Shown one piece after another: positions 9,175 to 18,449 of a stretch of DNA of 64,000 nt. The stretch is from assembly GCA_038064475.1 (NCBI GenBank), contig JBBTTA010000002.1, positions 83,195 to 147,194 on the forward strand, read 5' to 3'. The position numbers and the translations under genes were made by a program. This stretch comes from Patescibacteria group bacterium (GTDB lineage: Bacteria > Patescibacteriota > Minisyncoccia > Phycocordibacterales > EsbW-18). The notes below the pieces were generated by a model. It was not told where the DNA came from. It did not search any database and saw only the letters and a list, made by a program, of their open reading frames with translations. Positions within the stretch are counted from its first letter, which is position 1; every line of letters begins with the position of its first letter.

Positions 9175-9230
9175 CGCTCCCATTTTCGTCTTCTCGAGCC
9201 GGAAAATAAGCAAGCTTCCTTCCATCTCTC
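9175..9230 (+). repeat. tRNA-upstream repeat, diverged copy C
   Basis: gctcccattttcgtcttctcgagccggaaaataagcaagcttcc resembles copies A and B. Precedes tRNA-Met. Confidence 0.4.
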
Positions 9231-9271
9231 TAAAACGAAAACCGCGCTCGAGGTGCATGCAATACTCGTTT

Positions 9272-9345
9272 GCTGACGTAGCTCAGTTGGTTAGAGCGAG
9301 GGACTCATAAGCCCTAGGTCGCTGGTTCGATTCCAGCCGTCAGCA
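9272..9345 (+). tRNA. tRNA-Met (anticodon CAU; elongator Met or Ile2-lysidine type)
   Basis: gctgacg/cgtcagc acceptor with a G1-C72 pair. Loop CUCAUAA. T-arm gctggttcgattccagc. Confidence 0.8.
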
Positions 9346-9565
9346 CAAAATTTTTAGGCTGGAATCGAACCCGAGGGAATAAGACATGGGCTGGCGTAAT
9401 GACGCAAGACCGGCGTGCGACAACGTGAAGTTGGATCGCGAAGCTTTCAGTAAGAAAGTACTCGTGACCGAGGAAACCGTAGTTTTCCCTTGCCGACAGG
9501 CAGGGCGCACTCGCAAGTCTATATAAAAACAAATATCTCACTTACCCGTTAAATAAAAAAGAGGC

Positions 9566-9949
9566 CTAACGGCCTCTTTTTTGTAACTCAGGAAGACGCT
9601 CCAGAAGCACCTTAAGAGGAACCGAACTACCAACACCCTTTACGATGTCGACCATACGGAGCAAATCATTCTCACTCAAGTTAATATCAGGGAGCATCAA
9701 CTTTCGCATACGAAGTTGTCGCATACCGAGAAGCAGTTCTGCGTCTTCTTGAGAGAGTTCACATATCGCCATCAGATTCGGCAACTTCTTCTTGGGAAAG
9801 TTCCGATGCGCACAGAGGATTGCGTTGTAGAACGCACCAATCTTCTTACCGTTTCCAAGTTCAAGAAAACGCGCAAACGCATCCCGTGTCATGCCAAGCT
9901 TTTCTCGAGCCCGCTCGAGAATGCGTCCCAATGTGTCGTATTTGGGCAT
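9566..9949 (-). CDS. Small HTH (XRE-like) DNA-binding protein
   Basis: Start taken at MPKYDTLGRILERAREKLGMTRDAFA (HTH), because the ORF-track N-terminal extension overlaps a tRNA. Stop lies inside terminator hairpin 9558-9585. Confidence 0.45.
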   Translation of the reverse strand: MPKYDTLGRILERAREKLGMTRDAFARFLELGNGKKIGAFYNAILCAHRNFPKKKLPNLMAICELSQEDAELLLGMRQLRMRKLMLPDINLSENDLLRMVDIVKGVGSSVPLKVLLERLPELQKRGR

Positions 9950-10038
9950 AGAACCTCCACTGTCAAAAACATCTATTCTATATTGTAGCAAAGAATACTT
10001 GTTAAAAAGAGTCTCATGTTCTATACTCTTTGCTACGC

Positions 10039-10110
10039 AGCGGGGTAGAGCAGTAGTAGCTCGCAAGGCTCATAACCTTGAGGTCGCAGGTGCAATTCCT
10101 GCCCCCGCAA
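10039..10110 (+). tRNA. tRNA-Met, CAU anticodon, 1:72 A:A mismatch (possible initiator type)
   Basis: Acceptor agcgggg/ccccgca, D-arm gagcagtagtagctc, loop CUCAUAA, T-arm gcaggtgcaattcctgc. Confidence 0.75.
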
Positions 10111-10244
10111 CAATCGTTCGCCTAGTCCTATTGAAACGCACGGATAAAATCCTACTGGATTTTTCCTCGTACTCGCGCCGTCGCGCTCGCAAGTCGTTTC
10201 AAGAGGATAAGCTCACTTACACGTTCAATTCAAAGAAAATAACA

Positions 10245-10277
10245 GTGATTCGTGACCAAATTCCTGCCCCCGCAACA
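10245..10277 (+). repeat. Junction gtgattcgtgacc followed by a duplicate of the tRNA-Met(10039) 3' end (aattcctgcccccgcaaca)
   Basis: 19-nt direct repeat of 10092-10110, about 150 nt downstream. Followed by terminator cgcccccaagggcg. Confidence 0.6.
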
Positions 10278-10312
10278 AGATACAAAAAAAACGCCCCCAA
10301 GGGCGTTTTTTG

Positions 10313-11374
10313 TTATTCTTCCACTTGTGGCTTCTCAATCGAAAGTATTTCAATACCTCCTGTTTCTCCAGCAATACGAACAACGTCTTTGTCTATTTTT
10401 CCGAGTTCTTTATGAGCGGTATTGAAATGATTGACTGTTGTCCCAAGTGCGTTACCGAGTTTCAGCATAAATGCATTGTGATTAGCTATGTGACGACCAA
10501 GTTCCCCAACACGCTTCTGAATTTCTTTTGCTTGTTCCTCAATCTGTAGTCCACGGAGTCCCTGGAGCACCGTCTGGAGGTACGCAACAAATGTTGTTGG
10601 AGAAACAATAATAACTTTGTATTCTTTGTACGCTCGTTGGATAAGATTCGACTCTCCGTCGTCACCTCCCACAACACCAACTTTATTTGACAGTAAGTCG
10701 TAGTAAATACTTTCTGATGGAATAAACATGAACGCAAAGTCCATTGTATTTTCCGCAGGACGAATATACTTACTCGTTTCCTTAATACGCAGTTTTAAGT
10801 CATTAACAAATGCTTTCTCAAGTCGTATCTTTTCTTCTGCATCGCGCGATTCAATGAGCCGGCGATAATTTTCGAGAGAAAATTTTGAGTCAATAGGCAA
10901 AACTTTTTTGTCTCGGAGAAAGATTACCGCATCAACAATCTCACCGTTCTGGAAAGGATATTGCAGAACATACTGATCTGGCGCGAATATGTCTTGCAGA
11001 ACCTTTTCAAGATAATATTCACCAAGCGCCCCACGTTGCTTTGAATTTTGGAGAATATCTTGAAGACTTTGGAGTTGGTCAGCGAATGACACCACCTGTT
11101 TGTTTGTCTCATCAAGCTTTGTAAGACCTTCCGTCACCTCTTTTACAATGCGTGTCGATTCACCAAGCTGTGCGCGTATTGATTCATGCATCGTCTTCGC
11201 ATTCTCGCCCAACTTCATATCAACCGTGCGTGAAAGCTCATTAATTTGTTGCAATACGAGATCGAGTCCCTGCGATGGTTTCGTCTCTTCCTGTTTTTTG
11301 CGAAGGAAAAACCACACAACGCCTGCATTGAGCAAAACGATAAGTATCGCAAAAACGAGTGTCTCGGTATTCAT
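10313..11374 (-). CDS. rmuC: DNA recombination protein RmuC
   Basis: N-terminal TM, long coiled coil, and a conserved C-terminal RmuC core (FMFIPSESIYYDLL...VSPTTFVAYLQTV). Start taken at MNTETL, because the track start overlaps the next gene. Confidence 0.75.
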   Translation of the reverse strand: MNTETLVFAILIVLLNAGVVWFFLRKKQEETKPSQGLDLVLQQINELSRTVDMKLGENAKTMHESIRAQLGESTRIVKEVTEGLTKLDETNKQVVSFADQLQSLQDILQNSKQRGALGEYYLEKVLQDIFAPDQYVLQYPFQNGEIVDAVIFLRDKKVLPIDSKFSLENYRRLIESRDAEEKIRLEKAFVNDLKLRIKETSKYIRPAENTMDFAFMFIPSESIYYDLLSNKVGVVGGDDGESNLIQRAYKEYKVIIVSPTTFVAYLQTVLQGLRGLQIEEQAKEIQKRVGELGRHIANHNAFMLKLGNALGTTVNHFNTAHKELGKIDKDVVRIAGETGGIEILSIEKPQVEE

Positions 11375-11445
11375 TAAAGCGATTATACCACGTGCCTCCG
11401 AGGTCCCTTGTGGTATCATACGAAGACTTATAAACACAAATATAT

Positions 11446-11901
11446 ATGTCACTGCATCAGAACATCAAAGAAAGTATCAAAGACGCCATGCGAGCAAAGG
11501 ACCAGACAAAGCTCATGGTTTTGCGAGCACTTTCAGCAGCATTTACGAACGAAGTGGTTGCTCTCAAGCGAAAGCCTGATGATGAGGTTACTGACGAGGA
11601 GGCACTCGTTGTCATCATGCGCGAAGCAAAGAAGCGTAAGGACGCCATTGAACAGTTTACTGCCGGAGGTCGCCCAGAATTAGCCGCGAACGAACAAGCA
11701 GAACTAGCTATTATTGAGACGTACCTTCCTGCTCAAATGAGCCGAGAAGAGATTGAGGCCGCAGTGATTGCAAAGAAAGAGGCTATGGGAATTACAGACG
11801 CATCACAGAAAGGACAATTCATTGGCGCTGTCATGAAAGATCTCAAAGGAAAAGCTGACGGAAAGATTGTTCAGGAAATTGTTGAAAGTCTTTTAAAATA
11901 A
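11446..11901 (+). CDS. GatB/YqeY-domain protein
   Basis: 151 aa. YqeY-like motifs (VLRALSAAFTNEVV, ETYLP). Terminator at 11917-11950. Confidence 0.75.
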   Translation: MSLHQNIKESIKDAMRAKDQTKLMVLRALSAAFTNEVVALKRKPDDEVTDEEALVVIMREAKKRKDAIEQFTAGGRPELAANEQAELAIIETYLPAQMSREEIEAAVIAKKEAMGITDASQKGQFIGAVMKDLKGKADGKIVQEIVESLLK

Positions 11902-12358
11902 ACAGGAGAAATAAAAAACCCCCCGCCGTACACACGGCGGGGTGTTTTTGTTAGCAAGGACTGCCTTCGCTCGTAATACAACCTGAGTACGATTCAATCA
12001 GCGTAGCCTCTTGTGACATTTGCTGTGTGCGAACATATTCCCCCACAACAAGCACAAGAAAGCTTGCAAGAAGTACAACAAGAAAAGAAACTGTGTTCCG
12101 GAAGAACGTCCGGTTAAAGAGCTCGCGCGCAGGCATATATGAACATGATACACGCAGCACTACATGCGTAGCAAGAAGCTCTAGTACAAGGTTTAACCTT
12201 GTACTTTTGAAGCAACACCTCTATAAACAGAGGCGTCGCTTCGCTCAGACAAATCCTGCTTCGCACAAGGCTACGCAGGACAAACAAAAACCGCCCCCAA
12301 GGGGGCGGTTTTTGCGAATTGACTCTATACGAGTAGTCGTATCCGAAACTAACTAATG

Positions 12359-14263
12359 TTAGTTGAGGACGTTGACTGCGTTCGTACGGTAGTCTGATTC
12401 AGGAAGTGCTGCTTGTGCAGTAGCTGCAGTATCAGCAATTCCTTCGAGACGGAAGTACACGTTCTGGAGAAGCACCTTGTATGACAATGGTGCGTTGCTA
12501 CCAGGGATGACGTCAACCGTAAGTGTGAACGTTTCTGTATCACCCTCACGAACCACCCATGCGCTGTCGTCTTCGTCAGCTGTCGAGTCGAGGTTTGCTG
12601 TCGTTGATGCTGCCGCAACAGTAACAATATCATTGTCGCCGTTGAGGAAGTCGAATGAGACACCCTCGCTTACCCAGCTTGTTGTTGAAGCAACTGCACC
12701 AAATGGGATGTAGAAGTCATCACCAAATGCTGTAACTTCGAACTCAAGCGTGTATGTTGCTTGGTCGTTGTCGTTGCCCTCAACTACTTCACCTGATGCG
12801 CTCATGTCGCCAGCTGCAAGTGAGACACCGTCCGTGCGGAGCGTGTGTGCATCACCTGTTGCTGAACCCTTGAGCTGTGAAGCTATGAGATCGTCAGCAC
12901 CTTCAGCTTCTATTTCGTCAACATCGTCTGATGTTACAGAGGCTGTAACTGTCATACCTGGGTTTCCACCAGTAAGTGCGTTGAATTCGAGTTGGAGTGA
13001 GACTTCAACTTCCTCACCATCTTCAACAACGAGTTCTTCGTTGTCAAAGTCGAATGTCAAACCACCGTCCAATGTTGTTGACGCTGTTAAGTCATCAAAT
13101 TCTTCGCCGTCGATAACGAGCATTGCGTCGTTAACGATTGCTGCGTATGTTGATGAAGAAACAATTACACGAAGTGGGAGTTCTGAGACTTCGATGTCGT
13201 TGTCCTCTGCTGCAAGAGTGAAGACAAGAACTTCCATCCAATCAGAAACTTCGTCATCTTCGAGTTCGAGTACAGTTGCGTCAGGGTTGTTGTCTGACTC
13301 AGAAACTGTGAGCTCTTCTCCTTCACCTGCAACGTCGATGTCGAATTCAACTTCGTCAGATGCGCCTGAGAGTGCGTCTGCATCACCGATAGTGTGGTCA
13401 ATACCCTCACCGTCGAGTGCGCGAACACCTTCTTCAGGTACCCAGACTGTCCATGCGACATCGCTATCGACGTCATCAATGTTGTTCTGAGTTCCAACCA
13501 TCACCGTAAATTCTGGTGATGAGTCTTCATCTACGACTGAGTCAACGTTCGTGAAGCGAATACGATATTCATCGTCTTCGTCCTCATCCCAGTTGTCTTC
13601 GTCGCTACCGTCAGCTGAGCCGACTTCGTCGCCGTCGAGCAAGAGAGTAATCTCATCGAATACTTCCCAAGGCTCTGTGTCGCCGTCAGCACCTGTTGAC
13701 TTGAACATAACGTCAACACGTTCAACTTCAGCGTCTGCTTCGTCAACGTCGAATTCGAAGTCCATGACTTCTGCTTCGCCGCCTTCTTCAACGTCAGAGT
13801 CATTGCCGCTTGAGCCTTCAAAGTTGTTGAGGTCTGACTCACCGCCTGAGACTGTGTCGCTGTCGCTGTCGCTGTCGTCATCAGTTGATGTTGTACACAT
13901 GCTGTTGTACTTAGCGCGTGAAATTGCGCCGAAGTAACCTGTTGCAGGTGCTACACCGTTAGCTGACTGCCATGCTGCGACTGATGCCTGTGTAATAGAT
14001 CCAAAGTAACCTGTTGCTGCGACCGAGAAGAATCCCTCCGCTGCAAGGAAATTTTGGAGTTCTGTAACGTCTGCACCCGATGCACCTACAGTGAGGTCAC
14101 GAGTGAATGCGAAACAGCTTGCTGATGAACCCCCGCTCAAGCCCTGGAGCTGTGCGAGAAGCGCATCAATTTCTGCCTGGAGATCCTCTACTGTTGCTGC
14201 GTGTGCTGGTGCAGACGCAACGAGAGCAAGAGCAACTGCCAAGCCGAGAATCAATTTTTTCAT
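12359..14263 (-). CDS. Secreted protein with an N-terminal peptidoglycan-binding-like domain and a very long acidic (D/E/S/T-rich) region
   Basis: Signal peptide MKKLILGLAVALALVASAPAHA. Motif GASGADVTELQNFLAAEGF...GYFGSITQASVAAWQ (PG_binding_1-like). Start chosen at MKK (14263). Terminator aaccgcccccaagggggcggttt at 12290-12316. Confidence 0.55.
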   Translation of the reverse strand: MKKLILGLAVALALVASAPAHAATVEDLQAEIDALLAQLQGLSGGSSASCFAFTRDLTVGASGADVTELQNFLAAEGFFSVAATGYFGSITQASVAAWQSANGVAPATGYFGAISRAKYNSMCTTSTDDDSDSDSDTVSGGESDLNNFEGSSGNDSDVEEGGEAEVMDFEFDVDEADAEVERVDVMFKSTGADGDTEPWEVFDEITLLLDGDEVGSADGSDEDNWDEDEDDEYRIRFTNVDSVVDEDSSPEFTVMVGTQNNIDDVDSDVAWTVWVPEEGVRALDGEGIDHTIGDADALSGASDEVEFDIDVAGEGEELTVSESDNNPDATVLELEDDEVSDWMEVLVFTLAAEDNDIEVSELPLRVIVSSSTYAAIVNDAMLVIDGEEFDDLTASTTLDGGLTFDFDNEELVVEDGEEVEVSLQLEFNALTGGNPGMTVTASVTSDDVDEIEAEGADDLIASQLKGSATGDAHTLRTDGVSLAAGDMSASGEVVEGNDNDQATYTLEFEVTAFGDDFYIPFGAVASTTSWVSEGVSFDFLNGDNDIVTVAAASTTANLDSTADEDDSAWVVREGDTETFTLTVDVIPGSNAPLSYKVLLQNVYFRLEGIADTAATAQAALPESDYRTNAVNVLN

Positions 14264-14762
14264 ATGCTTGTTGTAATGTAATTCAAACGAATTACTACTA
14301 AATTGCTTACTAATAACTTTTTTATAAACTTTCACTATCTTCTTTACTTCCTGCGAACGGACGTACCTCACGCGGCACACCCGCTGCATGAAGAAAAGAA
14401 GCTAGTACCATGAAATCAATATCGGCTCACGATAATGTCGTCCTAGATTGGTGGACATCCGGAAAAAACTTTGCCAAGAGTGTTACAAATACCCTTGGTC
14501 TTTCAGTATAAAATTGACAAAGTGCTCCTCACGTACACATCGCCTTCGCGATATGTACGATACAGTATAAAGACTCTCTCCTAAGGCTCCAAAACCTTTT
14601 GTGGATAAATGGTTTTTTGACCCCAAAAGAGTCTTCTCACTATACCAGAAAGCGCTGCTTTAGACAATCTTTTTGATGCCTTGGGGTATCGGGTATATAT
14701 AGGTTTTATCGCAAAATGTTACACAAAAACCCCATCTAAAATGAGGCGATCAAACCTTCTCT

Positions 14763-15497
14763 TTAGAGGAGGTATGTGGTCCAACGGCGTTCCCCTTTCT
14801 TCTTCACACGTCCTTTATCCACCAATTCATTTAGATCACGCTGAATCGTTTTCTCACTACAATCGGGAATTCCAGAAGATATGTCCTTTATCGTCGTTTC
14901 TCCCTTTTGTTTTAATATACCAATGATTGTTTCCTTTCTATCTTCATTTCCAGCTTTCTTTTTAGGGGCGTCGTCTTTTTGTTTTTTATAAAGGACATTT
15001 TTAGATATACGTCCTTTATCAAAATGTCCTTTAGAAATCCGAGGCATAAATACAGGCTTCAAAGGCTCTTCTTTTGGAGTGGACAATGGTGTATGGAAAA
15101 GTGTCGTTATATCAGACACAAGGTTTGTTAAACCTTTTGTGCCAAACTCCTCAAGAGTGTTAGAAAAGCGGATTATCTCTTCCAGAAGGACGTTTCTATT
15201 CATCTGTGAAATAAGGCCAGCACGTCCTCCTGTATCAATAAGGGACATTATTTCTTCGAGGGAGATCTGGATATCAAGAACAGTCTTTTTCTTGTCTTTT
15301 ACAAATGAAACGATTTCGGAAAAGATGTTCAGTGCTTTGTTTCTCAAATGTCCTTTAAGAGGCTCATTGTCTGATAGCAAGCCAGTCACCATATATAGTG
15401 CGCTTACAATCCTGCTTATTGCTTCGGTGGAAGAACCACCCCAAGAGTGGGTTGGGTTTAAACTGTCTTTTAGGATTATGTCCTTTTGTTCAAACAT
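14763..15497 (-). CDS. Hypothetical protein with a C-terminal DeoR-like winged-helix HTH
   Basis: C-terminus ...TIKDISSGIPDCSEKTIQRDLNELVDKGRVKKKGERRWTTY. Confidence 0.45.
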   Translation of the reverse strand: MFEQKDIILKDSLNPTHSWGGSSTEAISRIVSALYMVTGLLSDNEPLKGHLRNKALNIFSEIVSFVKDKKKTVLDIQISLEEIMSLIDTGGRAGLISQMNRNVLLEEIIRFSNTLEEFGTKGLTNLVSDITTLFHTPLSTPKEEPLKPVFMPRISKGHFDKGRISKNVLYKKQKDDAPKKKAGNEDRKETIIGILKQKGETTIKDISSGIPDCSEKTIQRDLNELVDKGRVKKKGERRWTTYLL

Positions 15498-15738
15498 GTC
15501 CTAGAGATATGATTAAAGACATTTGAACTGTACTCTCGGACATTTAAAAAGACAAGAAGAAAGCCAACCTATGAGAGTCCTTAAGACTCGTGTCAATGGC
15601 ACCTTTCCATGCACATAGATATTTTCTTTCTCTTTTGCGAGGTAGAAAGTTGTCCACAGTGGAATATTTATATTTCTTGATCAGCACTTTCTTTGTTTTC
15701 CACGTTGGTTTTAAGGAGTAAGGACTTATAATGGATGT

Positions 15739-17955
15739 ATGGCAAAAAAGAAAAAGAAGAACCGCGCTTTGACTGAAGAAACGGAAGAATCTGCCGGACG
15801 ACTTGGGCTCGCAAAGGACACTATCTACGCAGTGCTTTCTATTGTCTTTTTCGCTATAGCCCTTTTCTTCATTTTGGCCTCATTCGGTGTTGTTGGCATT
15901 GTCGGCACACACCTCCACAACGGCCTTTCAAAACTGCTTGGCCTCGGCTACTACCTCCTCCCCGCCCTCTTTTTTCTTCTTGGTATTTCGTACTTCAAAT
16001 CCCAAAAAACAAATCTTGCAATAACAAATGTGCTTGGCTCTCTCATGTTTTGTCTCTCAGGTCTTGGGTTGATTGAAATTATGGGTGACGGCATGGGAGG
16101 ACTCATCGGCGGATGGCTCGCACATCCTTTGAGCGCACTTTTTGATACCGCAGGAAGTGTTGTGTTTTTGATTGCACTCTTCTTCATCTCACTCCTTATA
16201 TTGGCAAACGCACATCCTGTTGCATCATTCCGCGCATGGAAGGAACGTAAAGAAGTGGAGCGTCTCGCGTGTGAAGCTGAAGAGGAAGATCTTGAACTCG
16301 CGGAATCAGAAGAAGATGATGTGGTGGTCAATCTTCCACAACACAATAGTGAAGAAGTTGCAGGAGCAGAAGCCCTCGAGTCAGCAGAAAAGAAAGGATT
16401 CTTTGGAAAGAAAAAACGTGATGACGAATCTGTTCCTGCATTCGCTCCGTTTCTTGCAAGCTTGAGCACATACACTCCTCCCCCACTTTCTATTTTTGCG
16501 AGAGATTCTGGAACACCTGGTGTTGGTGATATCAAAGCAAATGCAAACATCATTAAACGTACGCTCCAGAATTTTGGTATCGATGTTGCGATGGATGAAG
16601 TCTCAATCGGACCATCAGTGACTCGCTACGCAATGAAGCCTGCTGAAGGTGTCCGCCTTTCAAAAATTCTTGGTCTCCAGAAAAACCTTGAGCTCGCTCT
16701 GGCCGCTCACCCTGTTCGTATCGAAGCTCCAATTCCTGGTAAGGCGCTCGTTGGTGTTGAAGTGCCAAACTCTGCAAAGACTACGGTTGGTCTTTCAACC
16801 CTCCTCACGAGCCCTGACTATGCAGGATCGGATAAACCGCTCATGGTTGCCCTAGGTCGTGATGTTGATGGCAATGCAACATTTACCAACCTCGCCAAGA
16901 TGCCACACATGCTTATTGCGGGTGCTACGGGCTCTGGTAAATCAGTCACGATCCACGCCCTCATTAACTCACTTCTCTTCCGCAATGGCCCTGATGCGCT
17001 CCGTTTCGTCATGGTTGACCCAAAGCGCGTTGAATTGACGCTCTACAACGGCATTCCCCACCTTTTGACGCCAGTGATTACTGATCCAAAGAAAACAATC
17101 CTCTCTTTGAAGTGGCTCGTACATGAAATGGAACGACGCTATACCGTGCTTGAAGAAAAGCGTGTGCGTGATATTTCATCGTATCACTCGACAATTCTCT
17201 CTCCTGCACTTGAAAAATTAAAAAATAAAGGTGCCGACGAAGAGATTGAAACACCTGAGACAATGCCGTACATCGTACTTATCATCGATGAGTTGGCTGA
17301 CATCATGAGCACATACCCACGCGAACTCGAAGCAGGTATCGTGCGCTTGGCACAGATGTCACGCGCTGTTGGTATTCACCTTATTCTTTCAACACAACGT
17401 CCATCGGTAAACATCATCACTGGTCTCATCAAAGCAAACATTCCGGGTCGTGTCGCGCTTCAGGTATCATCACAAATCGACTCACGAACTATTCTTGATA
17501 CGTCAGGTGCTGAAAAACTCCTTGGTGCTGGTGACATGCTCTTCACTGCAGGTGACATGAGTAAACCAAAACGTATTCAATCAGCATTCATCACTGAAAA
17601 AGAAGTAAAGAAAGTGACTGACTTCTTGCGTAATCATGGTAACGACGATGCGTTCTTTGATGTTGCGATGGACCTTGACGCAATGAAAGGTGGCTCTTCA
17701 TCAAGCACGAATTTTGGTGGTGACGACGATGATATTGATGATGATCTTTTTGAGGAAGCCCGTGAGACGGTTATTCATGCGGGCAAAGCGTCAACATCAT
17801 ATTTGCAGAGAAAACTCCGTGTTGGGTATGCGCGCGCAGCGCGCTTGATGGATATTCTTGAAGAGCGCGGCATTATTGGCCCCGCTGACGGGGCAAAGCC
17901 CCGCGATATTCTTGTTGAGCACGGAGGTGCGACTGAAGGAGAAGATATAGCGTAG
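15739..17955 (+). CDS. ftsK: DNA translocase FtsK/SpoIIIE
   Basis: N-terminal TM segments, acidic linker, and Walker A GATGSGKSV. Motor-domain motifs and a gamma-like C-terminus. Confidence 0.9.
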   Translation: MAKKKKKNRALTEETEESAGRLGLAKDTIYAVLSIVFFAIALFFILASFGVVGIVGTHLHNGLSKLLGLGYYLLPALFFLLGISYFKSQKTNLAITNVLGSLMFCLSGLGLIEIMGDGMGGLIGGWLAHPLSALFDTAGSVVFLIALFFISLLILANAHPVASFRAWKERKEVERLACEAEEEDLELAESEEDDVVVNLPQHNSEEVAGAEALESAEKKGFFGKKKRDDESVPAFAPFLASLSTYTPPPLSIFARDSGTPGVGDIKANANIIKRTLQNFGIDVAMDEVSIGPSVTRYAMKPAEGVRLSKILGLQKNLELALAAHPVRIEAPIPGKALVGVEVPNSAKTTVGLSTLLTSPDYAGSDKPLMVALGRDVDGNATFTNLAKMPHMLIAGATGSGKSVTIHALINSLLFRNGPDALRFVMVDPKRVELTLYNGIPHLLTPVITDPKKTILSLKWLVHEMERRYTVLEEKRVRDISSYHSTILSPALEKLKNKGADEEIETPETMPYIVLIIDELADIMSTYPRELEAGIVRLAQMSRAVGIHLILSTQRPSVNIITGLIKANIPGRVALQVSSQIDSRTILDTSGAEKLLGAGDMLFTAGDMSKPKRIQSAFITEKEVKKVTDFLRNHGNDDAFFDVAMDLDAMKGGSSSSTNFGGDDDDIDDDLFEEARETVIHAGKASTSYLQRKLRVGYARAARLMDILEERGIIGPADGAKPRDILVEHGGATEGEDIA

Positions 17956-17956
17956 T

Positions 17957-18397
17957 ATGCACACGAAAAATCGCCGACGCGTAAAAATGCTGATATTCGG
18001 AGCAGGACTCATAGCTTTACTTTTGTACAGCTACTACGAGTTCCGCGGTTTTTTGTATGGTCCAGAACTCATACTCCTAACGCCCCTTGCCGGAGAGACT
18101 GTCACAACACCGACAATCGACGTTACGGGTACGACACAGCGTATCGTCAAAATTACACTCAATGGTAGTCCTATTTTTGTGGACGAGGAAGGGGCCTTCT
18201 CTGAGACGGTATCCGTACTTGAGGGCTATAACCTCTTTGTGGTCTCTGTGGAAGATCGTTTTGGAAATGTGGCACAGGAATCACGCGAAGTGATATATAC
18301 ACCAGAGGCAACGCCTCAATATTATATTGAGGCGTTGCCTCGCTCACCATCCCCTATTGACGAAATCGCATCCTCGACTGCTCCTATAGATAGTTAA
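17957..18397 (+). CDS. Hypothetical membrane-anchored protein; start overlaps the ftsK stop
   Basis: 146 aa with an N-terminal TM. Tight coupling to ftsK. Confidence 0.45.
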   Translation: MHTKNRRRVKMLIFGAGLIALLLYSYYEFRGFLYGPELILLTPLAGETVTTPTIDVTGTTQRIVKITLNGSPIFVDEEGAFSETVSVLEGYNLFVVSVEDRFGNVAQESREVIYTPEATPQYYIEALPRSPSPIDEIASSTAPIDS

Positions 18398-18449
18398 TAA
18401 AAAATTTATCGGAAATTAGTATACTTAAGTATTACTCGCACACACGTTT

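Noticed and set aside
9357-9371. Possible minus-strand tRNA (T-arm-like ggctggaatcgaacc)
   Set aside because: Only a 15-nt inverted copy of the tRNA-Met T-arm and acceptor. No acceptor stem, D-arm or anticodon arm can be built.
9891-10415. 174-aa ORF spanning tRNA-Met(10039) and the repeat element; similarly 9314..9541(-)
   Set aside because: They read through tRNA genes (...GIEPAT-type translations) and intergenic repeats. No coding signal.
12750-13490. 246-aa Ser/Thr-rich ORF on the plus strand
   Set aside because: Antisense to the acidic secreted-protein gene. Its composition mirrors the codon bias of that gene, so it is an ORF-track artefact.
15951-16553. 200-aa minus-strand ORF; also 26360..27034(+) and 57557..58198(+)
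   Set aside because: Each lies antisense within a well-supported gene (ftsK, the 645-aa membrane protein, the cohesin-like gene).
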